Under the pieces are notes generated by a model. It did no database searches, was not told the origin of the DNA, and saw nothing but the letters and a program-made list of their open reading frames with translations. This document shows, one piece after another, positions 19,024 to 28,272 of a stretch of DNA of 64,000 nt (within the stretch, counting starts at the first letter, position 1; each line of letters begins with the position of its first letter). The DNA is from Acidimicrobiia bacterium. Lineage in GTDB: Bacteria; Actinomycetota; Acidimicrobiia; Acidimicrobiales; JANYDT01. The position numbers and the translations under genes are program-made. The stretch spans positions 1,589-65,588 of the forward strand of contig JANMYF010000055.1 of the NCBI GenBank assembly GCA_031381685.1, read 5' to 3'.

Positions 19024-21714
19024 ATGGTGTTCGTCGGCCGAAGTACTGAGCGGGACAGACTCCGTGTCATCGTTGCCGACTCCTGCGACGGCGGCTCGGT
19101 GATCGTGCGCGGACCGGCGGGCATCGGCAAGACCACCCTCATCGACGAAGTGCTGGCGACCTTCGGTCACGAAATCGAGATCGTGTGCGCTCGCGGTATT
19201 CCTTCCGAAGTGCGGGTGCCGTTCGCCGGTCTCTCGGAGTTGTTGTCGCCGCTGCTCGATCGGTGCAGGGCGCTCCCGTCACCCCAGCGCGATGCACTCG
19301 AGAACGCCCTCGCCATCGGAGGGGGCAGCGGAGGAGGGCCGCTCGCCGTGGCAATGGCGACCGTCTCCTTGCTCTCTTCGCGTGACGACTCCCGGCGACC
19401 CATCGTGGCCGTGGTCGACGATGCCCAATGGCTCGACGCCGAATCGCGCGAGTGCATCACGTTTGCCGTACGACGGGCCGCCGGCCGGTTCACGATGGTG
19501 CTTGCCGTTCGCAGTGACGAGGACACGTGGATCCCGCCGGATGTGGAAACGCTCGACCTTGGGCCGCTTTCGACATCCGACGCCGACGCCCTCGCCCGCG
19601 AAACCGCTCACGGCTTCCCACCGCACGTCCGGACTGCAATCGTGAAGGCGGCCGGCGGCAACCCCCTCGCGCTGGTCCAGATCCCCAAGGTGCTAGGCCC
19701 GCACGGAGGCCTGGCGACGATCGACGACCTGCTCGCGTCGGCCAATGCCGTCATGCCATCGCGGCTGTTCGACTCCCGACTCGATGCGCTCGACCCCGAG
19801 GTTCGACACGCGCTCCTCGTCGCCGCGGCTTCGGGCGCCGAATCGGCTGCCCCGGTCGTGGCGATCTGTGGCGGCGGTGGGCGGTCCCCATCCCTCGAGG
19901 AAGCCGAGGCGGCGGGTCTCGTTGCGCTCACCGGCGATGCCGTCCGCTTCACCCATCCGCTCCTACGCGCCGCCGTTTACAACCGCGCCACGCCGACGCA
20001 GCGACGCCAGGCACACCGGCGATTGGCCGAGGTCGTCACCGGCGACGATCGGGCATGGCATCTCGCTGCGGCCAGTGTCGGACCGAACGCCGAAGCCGCC
20101 GATGCCCTCGAAGCGGCAGCACGCACTTCGCTGGAGCGTCGCGCGACGTGGCTGGCCACCGACACGTTCATCCGGGCCGCGGCACTCACGCCGCCCGACG
20201 GCCCGCGGGCAGCCCGGCTCGCGTCAGGTGCCGAAACGGCACAACTCGCCGGCCGCACCGGCATCGCCGCCGAGCTGGCGGCCGAGATCCTGGCCGTGTG
20301 CGAGGACCCCGCAGCGCGCCTCGACGCGCTCATGGTCGCTGCCATCGGGCTGTCGCTGTCGGGACAGGGAATGGAGGCCGATGCCGTCGAGGGCGAGATC
20401 CGTCGACTGTCTGCCGTGAACCCCGCGAAAGCGACATTCGCTCTGGCCTTGATGGGCTCGCTTCGCTTCTATCGCTTCGATCTCGCCGCTGCTCGGATCG
20501 ACTTCGAACTCGCCGAATCATTCTCCGGCCTGCGCTTGCCAGAGTGCCGGGCGATTCTGCAGGCGGCGCGTGGCGATCGACATGGTGCGCGGGCGGAGCT
20601 GAGTGCCGAGCTCGCCGGGGATACCCCGGTACTCGACGTGGGATGGAAGTGGCGGGCGCTGCTCATGGAGGACCACACGGAATTGGTCAGCCGAATTCGT
20701 GACGAGGACACCCAGGCCCAGATCGAATCGGGCGAGTACAAGTCCGTCCCGCTGAACCGATTCCTCGAGGGCTGGGTGGCCGTACACGAAGGGCGATTCG
20801 CCGATGCGCGGTCGCTGCTCGACCAGTCCAAGGAGTTCTCCGATCTGACGGGGCACACCGTCAACGGCATGCTCGCCGTGGCAACGCGGGCGCGGCTGCT
20901 CGCGGCGACCGGCGACATCGATCGTGCCCGAAGCGAGCTCGAACCCCTTCGGGACCCGAGAGGCAACAGCGTGCCCTGGTTCGTGGTGATCGCCGCACAG
21001 TCCGCGCTGGGCTTCGTCGAGCTGAGCGCCGGTGATCCTCGGGCCGCGGTCGTTGCGCTGCGGCTGGCGCGGGCGTACTCGGAGGAGCACGAAACCGAGG
21101 ACCCGACACTCACCCCGTGGTCGTTCGATCTCGTCGAGGCGTTGGTACGGGTCGGTGAGCTCGAGGAGGCCCGTGAGGTGACGAAGGCGTTCGACACGCG
21201 GGCCGAGTTCTCTGGCTCGACCTCGGCCAAGAGCCTGTCGGTGTGCTGCGCTGCGGTCGTGGCGTCGGCGTGCGACGATGCGGCGTTCGAGCTGGCGTTG
21301 GAAATCGACGCCAAGTCTCCCCGGCCGTTCGAGGCGGCGCGGATCCGTCTGCTGTGGGGTGCTCGTCTGCACCGCGACAGACGCCGAGCGGAAGCGAGAG
21401 TCCAACTCCGGGCCGCTCTCGAAGCGTTCGAATCGAGGGGGGCAACGCCATGGGCGAACCGCGCCCGCATCGATCTCGACGCCGCCGGTGGAGGCGGACC
21501 CCGAAGAACGAAATCGTCCAACACGCTTACCGCCCAGGAGAGCGACATCGCCCAACGTGCCTCGACCGGCGCCACCGTGAAGACGATTGCCTCGCAGCTC
21601 TACCTGAGTCCGAAGACTGTCGAAGGCCACCTCGCTTCGGTGTACCGCAAACTCGGTGTGCAGACTCGCGTCGCGCTCGCCGAGCGACTTCGGTCCATGT
21701 CCGAAGGTGAGTGA
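19024..21714 (+). CDS. LAL-type (large ATP-binding) LuxR-family transcriptional regulator
   Basis: N-terminal Walker A 'GPAGIGKTTL', a long helical/TPR-like middle region, and a C-terminal LuxR HTH 'TVKTIASQLYLSPKTVEGHLASVYRKLGV'. Confidence 0.9.
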   Translation: MVFVGRSTERDRLRVIVADSCDGGSVIVRGPAGIGKTTLIDEVLATFGHEIEIVCARGIPSEVRVPFAGLSELLSPLLDRCRALPSPQRDALENALAIGGGSGGGPLAVAMATVSLLSSRDDSRRPIVAVVDDAQWLDAESRECITFAVRRAAGRFTMVLAVRSDEDTWIPPDVETLDLGPLSTSDADALARETAHGFPPHVRTAIVKAAGGNPLALVQIPKVLGPHGGLATIDDLLASANAVMPSRLFDSRLDALDPEVRHALLVAAASGAESAAPVVAICGGGGRSPSLEEAEAAGLVALTGDAVRFTHPLLRAAVYNRATPTQRRQAHRRLAEVVTGDDRAWHLAAASVGPNAEAADALEAAARTSLERRATWLATDTFIRAAALTPPDGPRAARLASGAETAQLAGRTGIAAELAAEILAVCEDPAARLDALMVAAIGLSLSGQGMEADAVEGEIRRLSAVNPAKATFALALMGSLRFYRFDLAAARIDFELAESFSGLRLPECRAILQAARGDRHGARAELSAELAGDTPVLDVGWKWRALLMEDHTELVSRIRDEDTQAQIESGEYKSVPLNRFLEGWVAVHEGRFADARSLLDQSKEFSDLTGHTVNGMLAVATRARLLAATGDIDRARSELEPLRDPRGNSVPWFVVIAAQSALGFVELSAGDPRAAVVALRLARAYSEEHETEDPTLTPWSFDLVEALVRVGELEEAREVTKAFDTRAEFSGSTSAKSLSVCCAAVVASACDDAAFELALEIDAKSPRPFEAARIRLLWGARLHRDRRRAEARVQLRAALEAFESRGATPWANRARIDLDAAGGGGPRRTKSSNTLTAQESDIAQRASTGATVKTIASQLYLSPKTVEGHLASVYRKLGVQTRVALAERLRSMSEGE

Positions 21715-21739
21715 CGCAGACCGCCGTGATGCGCCGTCC

Positions 21740-23527
21740 TCAGAGTTGGGCGACGGACCGAGCGAGCAACAGCACGCCGGCGCTGGCGATCGCGAATCCC
21801 GACACCAGCGGAAGGGCATTGGTGACGGCATGGAGACGGGCTCCGGCGGGAGTGCTCAGCCGCGACGACCACCCGCGGACACCGCGTTCGAAACGAACGA
21901 TGAGCAGTCCCGCTCCGACGAGCGTTGCCGCAAGTCCGATCCCGTAGGCCACGACGAGGGCCACGCCGAACGGTACTCGACCAACGGCGATCGCCCCGAG
22001 GAGGACGACCAAGGCGGACGGACTGGGCACGAGGCCACCGGCGAGTCCCATCATCACCAGCTCGCGACGACGCACAACGGAACCGGGCGCAGGGAGGACA
22101 TGGTCGTGCGACCATCCGCCGTGAGCGTGGCTGGTGACGATGAAACGAGGGTCGTCGGGGTGGACTCGCGTCCCGGCTTCGGCGGTGAGGGCCGAGGTCT
22201 GGCCCGTCGTGTCGCCAAGCTCGTGCGCATGGGGGTGCGGGTGATGGTCGTGGTGATGCGACGCATCGTCGTGGTGCGCGACTGCGTGCTCATGGTCATG
22301 TCGGTGCGGATGGTCGCGTCCGTGGTCATGGTTATGTTCATGGTCGTGGTCATGCGGGTGCGGATGGTCGTGGCCCTGGTCATGCACATGCGTGTGGGGT
22401 TGGGGGTCTGACGCACCGACGAAGCCCGACGCGCCATGGCGACCGGGACGACGGAACACGCGCAGCCGAGTCCGCAACAACGTGAAGCCGACGCCGATCA
22501 CGAGCACGCCCGACACCACGCTCGCCCACCGCAGCGAACGATCCGGCGAGACCACGGTGGTGGCCGAGACGAGCACACCGAGCAACATGATCCCGACGGT
22601 GTGGGTCACCGCCACGGTGCCGCCGATGGCCATGATGTCGGCGGTTCGTCCGCGGCGCCCGAGGGCGTAGGCGGCAATGATGGTCTTGCCGTGCCCGGGC
22701 GCCAACGCGTGGAGACCTCCGAGCAGGACGGCGAGCAGCATCGCGCCGGCGGCGAAGGGCACCGTGACCTTGCGGTGGTCGAGCAGTGACTGGAACCGCT
22801 GCGTGAGTCCGTCGTTGCCGCGATCCGTCGTTGTCGACTGCGAGGTCGCCGAGTCCGACGACGACACGTCGACCGCGGCACCGGGCGACACGTCGAATGC
22901 AGCGGCGATTTGGCGCAACGGAGCGCTCACCGCTTCCTTCGGATACCGAAGCAGGAGATCGGTGGGAGAAACCGCGGGGAGGTTTCCGTCGACGCGGACT
23001 CCGTCACCCGATGCCGAGATCTCGCGCCATCCGAGGCGGTCGGGGAAATTCCGGTCCACGACATCAATGGACCCTGCGGATGAAGAGCCCGACGTCGCCT
23101 GCAAACGGCATTCGAGCCGAAGTGTCGTCAGGCCCGCCTGACCGGCCGGGAACACGAGTCGAGCGCCTCCAATCGGCGCAAGTGCGGCACGGACGCCGTC
23201 CCGAGTGATGTCGAGTGATCGGGCGATCGATCCGCAACGCTCGTCACGCCAGCGGTCAGCGGCGGCGCGCGGAACCGGGCCACTCGACGCGCCGAGCTCC
23301 TGTCGTACCTTGAGAGCCGGGATCTCGGCCAGGTCGACCACATACGCGACGTCGACCTGTCGCGGCGAAATTGCGATGTGGGTCGCGGTGTTCGTCGTGA
23401 AGTTGCCGAGCGGATGCGCGTTGGCCGCCTCAGGACGAATGCTAAGTGCGCCAATGATGCCGAGGAGCAGAGCGATGCGCCTGGCCATTTGACCGCGTCG
23501 GCCGGGTGCGAACGTGATGCTGGTCAT
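21740..23527 (-). CDS. Exported N-terminal domain fused to a NicO/RcnA-like Ni/Co transporter with a His-rich loop
   Basis: Signal peptide ending 'EAANA|HPLGNFTTN'. 'LHALAPGHGKT' NicO-like motif. Loop of about 60 aa 'HTHVHDQGHDHPHPHDHDHEHNHDHGRDHPHRHDHEH...HHHDHHPHPHAHE'. The ATG overlaps the stop of the TPR gene (ATGA at 23524-23527). Confidence 0.75.
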   Translation of the reverse strand: MTSITFAPGRRGQMARRIALLLGIIGALSIRPEAANAHPLGNFTTNTATHIAISPRQVDVAYVVDLAEIPALKVRQELGASSGPVPRAAADRWRDERCGSIARSLDITRDGVRAALAPIGGARLVFPAGQAGLTTLRLECRLQATSGSSSAGSIDVVDRNFPDRLGWREISASGDGVRVDGNLPAVSPTDLLLRYPKEAVSAPLRQIAAAFDVSPGAAVDVSSSDSATSQSTTTDRGNDGLTQRFQSLLDHRKVTVPFAAGAMLLAVLLGGLHALAPGHGKTIIAAYALGRRGRTADIMAIGGTVAVTHTVGIMLLGVLVSATTVVSPDRSLRWASVVSGVLVIGVGFTLLRTRLRVFRRPGRHGASGFVGASDPQPHTHVHDQGHDHPHPHDHDHEHNHDHGRDHPHRHDHEHAVAHHDDASHHHDHHPHPHAHELGDTTGQTSALTAEAGTRVHPDDPRFIVTSHAHGGWSHDHVLPAPGSVVRRRELVMMGLAGGLVPSPSALVVLLGAIAVGRVPFGVALVVAYGIGLAATLVGAGLLIVRFERGVRGWSSRLSTPAGARLHAVTNALPLVSGFAIASAGVLLLARSVAQL

Positions 23528-25131
23528 TGCATGCTCCTGAGGGGCGGGTTGGTGGCCTGCTGGGCACGGATGGGGGAGGGAGAAGCGACGACGGGAACGT
23601 TGACGCCGAGCCGGCCGGCAAGAGCCCGAACTGCCTTCGTCTGAAGGGGGGAGGACCACGGATTGCGCAGCGCAGCCGTGAGCTCGCGTCGCGCACCGGC
23701 CAGATCACCGGTCGCCGCGAGGACCTCCGCAGCATGCCAGCGAACTGACGAGACGCCCGGCTGTGTTGCCACCGCGGCACGGGCGTAGGGCACGGCCTCG
23801 ACCGCACGGCCCGACACGAACAGCGACCATGCCATGGCGTCGTTGGTGAAGATCGTGCGACGTTCCGCATAGGCGCGCTGTGCGGCCCGGAGCGCCGCCG
23901 GCGCGGAGTCGGAGCCACGGTCGGCGAGGAGGATCGCCAGTTCGGCGTCGACGACCGCACCGTTCGCCTCGAACAGGGCGACGCTCGCATCGACGAGCTG
24001 ATCGGTCGCCGTTGCCGTCTTTCGATCACCGCTGGCTCGAGCCAGGTCGGCCCGGAGTCCGAGCGCGCCCGGAAGGGGGATCCGCTCGACGAGTTGATCG
24101 AGGATCGCCGCCGCTTGACGCGCGTCGTCGCGGGCCATGGCGATCCGAGCAGATCCGAGCATCGCCGTTCCGTTCGTCGGTTCGAGGCGAAGAGCCTGTT
24201 CGTAGGTGCGGCCAGCCGCGGTGACGTGGCCCGATTCGAGAAGGACGTCGCCGAGATAGGCGAGGGCGATCGCACGGTCGATCGATCCGTCTGGCGCGGC
24301 TGACGCGGCCTGGCGCATGGCGATCTCTGCGCCGAGAAGATCACCGCTGAGCTGGCGGCGATAGGACAGCCGCGACAGCGTGGCGACGTTCGGTCGTTCG
24401 TCGACGAGCGACTCGATCTGCTCGAAGGCCCTCGCGTAGTTCCCGAGTTCTACTTCGGCGTCGAAGAGCGCAATGCGGCCGTCCAACGCGCCCGGGCGTT
24501 GCCGGAGCACTTCGGTGGCGAGCTTGCGGGCATCGGAGAATCGGTGGCGAGCGAGCGCGAGGGCTGCCTTGGTCCCAAGCAGATCGGGTGTGGCGCCGAG
24601 ACGCTTCTCCGCTTGGCTCAGCGCCGACTCGGCGAGGGGATAGAAGGCCGGGTCGGCGGTCTCGAAGGCACGCCGCACGTAGGCGGCGCCCAGCTGACGC
24701 CATTGATCGCCGGCATTCGGGTCGGTCTTGGTCGCTGCTTCGAGCCGGACGATGCGGTCTGCAGTGGAAAGGTTCCGCATCGAAGGTTTGGCGACACCCG
24801 CGGCGACCGTCCGTGCGGGAACCGACGACACGGCGGCCGCCGTAGCCGCTCCGCCAGGGAAAGCGATCACGGTGATAATAAGTGCACTGACGAATGCCCC
24901 GAGGCTAGCGGCGACCCTGGAGCCCTGTCGGTCCACTGCGTCTGGCAGGCAAAGCCCTTCGCCGCACAAGGTGCTGCGGCGAAGGACTCGTGCCAGTGTT
25001 GAATGGGCCGCCAACTCCCCAGCGGGCGACACGTTCAGACAAGCAGGACGGGCAACGCCGAAGCGCGTCGGTCGTTCATCGCGCACTCGCGACACGCGAA
25101 CGCGAGCACTCCAGTCGTTGTCCGTCTTCAT
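23524..25131 (-). CDS. Membrane-anchored tetratricopeptide-repeat (TPR) protein
   Basis: Hydrophobic anchor 'LGAFVSALIITVIAF', followed by multiple TPR-like Ala/Leu/Arg-rich helical repeats. Starts 2 nt after the DUF4331 gene stop. Confidence 0.7.
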   Translation of the reverse strand: MKTDNDWSARVRVSRVRDERPTRFGVARPACLNVSPAGELAAHSTLARVLRRSTLCGEGLCLPDAVDRQGSRVAASLGAFVSALIITVIAFPGGAATAAAVSSVPARTVAAGVAKPSMRNLSTADRIVRLEAATKTDPNAGDQWRQLGAAYVRRAFETADPAFYPLAESALSQAEKRLGATPDLLGTKAALALARHRFSDARKLATEVLRQRPGALDGRIALFDAEVELGNYARAFEQIESLVDERPNVATLSRLSYRRQLSGDLLGAEIAMRQAASAAPDGSIDRAIALAYLGDVLLESGHVTAAGRTYEQALRLEPTNGTAMLGSARIAMARDDARQAAAILDQLVERIPLPGALGLRADLARASGDRKTATATDQLVDASVALFEANGAVVDAELAILLADRGSDSAPAALRAAQRAYAERRTIFTNDAMAWSLFVSGRAVEAVPYARAAVATQPGVSSVRWHAAEVLAATGDLAGARRELTAALRNPWSSPLQTKAVRALAGRLGVNVPVVASPSPIRAQQATNPPLRSMQ

Positions 25132-25133
25132 GG

Positions 25134-26522
25134 TCAGCCCTTGATCGGCTCGTAGGCGCGGTCGGCGCCGTAGCCGTCACGGGGCAGGCCGACGTACGGG
25201 AACACGTTCATGAGTTCCCGATCGTTGGCATCGACACCATCACCGAGCGCGTTGTTCGGGAATCCGGTGAAGGTCTTGTCCGTCACCAACGGGTTGGCAC
25301 CGGCGACCACCTGGAGGGCGGTGTCGACGACGTCATCGGTGAGGTTGCGGCCGTTGGGGAACGACGACTTTCCGATGGCGGTGTTCAGACGGAGCATCTC
25401 GGACGGAGCCGAGAACGTCTTGGACTTGTTCAGACCCGGGATGCCCGTGAGGAAGATCACGGCGAGGTCCTGGCGGCCGGCGAAGGCTGCGGGAAGTCCG
25501 GCGTCGACGGTGGTCGGCACCTTGATGCCGGCCGGGCCGTAGAGGAACGGGATCAGCTTGCCGAGCTCGGGATCGAGAACGGACTTGGCGAACTGGCCGT
25601 CCTTGTCCGGAGTCGATGCGTTGAACGTGTCCTTCATCCCTACGGGGATGACGACCTCGTTGACGAGCGGGTTCCCGAGACGGGCGACCTGCTTCCAGTT
25701 GCCGTTTCCGTTGCCTTCACCGACACGACGTGACGTCGTCGCCCATACACCGACGACGGGATCTCCGGCGTTGGCGATGCGAGCGCTCGGGACCTGCAGG
25801 ACGATCGAGCTGACGTTCTGCCCGGCGAGGTAGTCGACGCCAGCAGCGGTCGGCTGCTTGATGACGTGGAACGAATTGAGCGGACGAAGACCGCCGAGGT
25901 CGAAGATCGCCCCGAGGTCGGCGAAGAACGGGTCGTCACGCGGGCCGGCGAAGACCCGGATGGCGCCCTGCTCCAGCTGGTGACTCGCGCCCGCAGCCGT
26001 TGCCCGGTAGTTCGGCGTCGAACGGGTGGCTCCCACGTAGGCCGGTGCGGTCAACAGGTTCTGACCGATCGGCTTGCTGTCCTTGCCGCGAACTTCCGTC
26101 AGCGTGTACGTCTGTTTGCGGTTGAGATCCGGGTCATCGACCGAGGTCACCTGGTTCGTGTTGTACAGGAACGTGTTCGGGTTCGAATACGTCGTCTTGA
26201 AACGGAACTGGTACTTGATGTCGGCAACGGCATCACCGTTGTTGTCGATGTTGAGCTCATAGAGCACGTCGTCGCCGAACTTGGAGAAGTTCGGTCCGCC
26301 ACCAGGGTTCTGGAACGGATCGGTGTTGATGACGAACGTCGTCGAGTCCGGGCGATCCGGGCTCACGAAGGCGTAAAGGTCGGTGATGTCGGCGACCGGG
26401 TCTTCGGTGATCGCCGGAGCTTCCCGATGGCTCGACGCCGTGGTCGGTGCGGCAAGGCTCAACCCGAGCGCAGCGGCTAGGCCGATGGCGGGAATGCCTT
26501 GTCGAAGGAGTGAACGTTTCAT
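25134..26522 (-). CDS. DUF4331-family secreted protein
   Basis: Signal peptide followed by the family hallmark as I recall it, 'SSHREAPAITEDPVADITDLYAFVSPD'. Confidence 0.75.
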   Translation of the reverse strand: MKRSLLRQGIPAIGLAAALGLSLAAPTTASSHREAPAITEDPVADITDLYAFVSPDRPDSTTFVINTDPFQNPGGGPNFSKFGDDVLYELNIDNNGDAVADIKYQFRFKTTYSNPNTFLYNTNQVTSVDDPDLNRKQTYTLTEVRGKDSKPIGQNLLTAPAYVGATRSTPNYRATAAGASHQLEQGAIRVFAGPRDDPFFADLGAIFDLGGLRPLNSFHVIKQPTAAGVDYLAGQNVSSIVLQVPSARIANAGDPVVGVWATTSRRVGEGNGNGNWKQVARLGNPLVNEVVIPVGMKDTFNASTPDKDGQFAKSVLDPELGKLIPFLYGPAGIKVPTTVDAGLPAAFAGRQDLAVIFLTGIPGLNKSKTFSAPSEMLRLNTAIGKSSFPNGRNLTDDVVDTALQVVAGANPLVTDKTFTGFPNNALGDGVDANDRELMNVFPYVGLPRDGYGADRAYEPIKG

Positions 26523-26591
26523 GACTCTCATTTCTGTTGCGGGTGGGGGGTTGTGGTGCTGGGGATCAGGGGGTGGGGCAGCGCGCTGGAC

Positions 26592-27641
26592 TCAGGGCGC
26601 GCTCGACACCGGAGCGAGGCCGACGACGACCCAGCGGTCGCCGATGGGAGCGGCGATCACGTGCATCTCGTGCGGGGCGGACAGGGTGACGATGCGCGCC
26701 CACTGGTAGGCGCCGCTGCCGTACGCATCGAGCAGCGCCTGGGGATCGTCCAACGTGTAGATGTCGCCGACCGACGCGACGGACGCAGCGCCGCGAGTCG
26801 TGCAGAGCGCGTCGGCGAGCCCCACTGCACCGAGCAAGCCGCCGCCGTACTCGCCGACCGGGCTCGTCCGGGGCGTGTTGCCTGACGAAGCACAGCTGCC
26901 CTGTCGCGCGGCAGCCCACGCGACGACATCGTCGGACACCCGGCCTTCCGGAGCGGCGTAGCGCTGGGTGATCGTCCGCCGTTCCCACGAGACCTTCCAG
27001 CCGGACTCGTCCTTGCGGGCGGGGAGGTTCACTATCGCGGTTGGACCAACGACACCTCGGATCTCGTCGATCGTCGGGGCCTGATCGACGCGGAGGGCGG
27101 GCACGTCCGGGCCTTCGCTGGCTTTGGCATCGACGGCGGCCGACAGCCACGCCGGTTCCCGGCGCAGGATGTCGGCGAAACGGGTGGCCGAGCCGATGCG
27201 CTCCTGCTCGATGTCCGGAAGAAGCGAAAAGGCGTCGACGATCCGACCGGTGACGACCGCGTCACCGAACTCCTCCGCCGCCGCGGTAGGGCTGGCCGCG
27301 CCGACGGATGAGGTGCGGTTCGGGCCGCCTGAGGACGGGCCGGCAGGGGGTTGTTTCGCGGTCGCCGCGGTGACCTCCGACGGGACGGTAAACGAGAGGC
27401 CGGGTTCAGGTGACCCGAGTACGAGTCGTGACTGTCGGGCGGATGACCTGGGTTGTCCGGCATCGCCACGTGGGCCGGCATCGGCGACCGGAACGCCCGT
27501 GGCACCGAGGTCGCGGGTTGGAGCCGTTTGGCCGCTGCATCCCGAGAACACCAGCGCAAGAACGGCGGCGGAGAGTCCGAGAGAACTCCGCACGCCGAGC
27601 CGCCGGACGATTGTCTGGGTGAACGGATCAGGTTGCGACAT
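26592..27641 (-). CDS. Hypothetical lipoprotein
   Basis: Lipobox 'LALVFSGCSG'. No recognisable domain. Confidence 0.6.
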   Translation of the reverse strand: MSQPDPFTQTIVRRLGVRSSLGLSAAVLALVFSGCSGQTAPTRDLGATGVPVADAGPRGDAGQPRSSARQSRLVLGSPEPGLSFTVPSEVTAATAKQPPAGPSSGGPNRTSSVGAASPTAAAEEFGDAVVTGRIVDAFSLLPDIEQERIGSATRFADILRREPAWLSAAVDAKASEGPDVPALRVDQAPTIDEIRGVVGPTAIVNLPARKDESGWKVSWERRTITQRYAAPEGRVSDDVVAWAAARQGSCASSGNTPRTSPVGEYGGGLLGAVGLADALCTTRGAASVASVGDIYTLDDPQALLDAYGSGAYQWARIVTLSAPHEMHVIAAPIGDRWVVVGLAPVSSAP

Positions 27642-27905
27642 GCTGAAGGTTCGTCACAGGGGACGACTTGGATGCGTCGGGCGGAAGAAAACCTGAGAGT
27701 TCCGCATCCGACCGTCACCACGGAGGAAGTCAGGGCGGACAACCGATGTCGATCCCGGGGTGCCCCGACGAGTGCCGCAACGACGCTCGGACCGACGACA
27801 TCAAGGTCATTCGCCCAGTGGCCGATGATCGGGCTGCCGCCCCGAGCGCGGGTAACCTGTCCCTACTCGACCATCCGGCCCGTCGGCCGACACCAGGAGA
27901 TCACC

Positions 27906-28238
27906 ATGCTTCGTCAAGCACTTCGCACCGCCGCCGTTTCGGTTCTCGTCGGTGGAGCAGCATTCCTCGCCGTGCCCGCCTCCGCCCAGGACGCGCCGAC
28001 CACGGTTCCGCCGGCAGCCGAGGCACCAGTTGCCGAGGCACCGGTTGCTGAGGCCCCGGTTGCCGACACCGCAGCACCGGTCGATCCTGCCGCCACGGCG
28101 GTTCCCGCCGGTGGCGTCGCCGCAGGCGGCGGGTTCATCAGCAACGACAACGGCTCGACCGTACTGCCGCTCGCGCTGGCCGCCGGCGCCGCCGGTATCG
28201 GTGCGGGCATCTTCGTCTCACGCCGCCGCAAGGCCTGA
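27906..28238 (+). CDS. Small secreted Pro/Ala-rich protein with a sorting-signal-like C-terminus (candidate sortase substrate)
   Basis: AGGAGA RBS. Signal peptide 'AAFLAVPASAQD'. 3 x 'EAPVA'. C-terminal hydrophobic 'VLPLALAAGAAGIGAGIFV' plus 'SRRRKA'. No LPXTG or LAXTG. Confidence 0.65.
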   Translation: MLRQALRTAAVSVLVGGAAFLAVPASAQDAPTTVPPAAEAPVAEAPVAEAPVADTAAPVDPAATAVPAGGVAAGGGFISNDNGSTVLPLALAAGAAGIGAGIFVSRRRKA

Positions 28239-28272
28239 CCCCCTCCACTCCTCGCCCGTCCGGTGAGGACCG

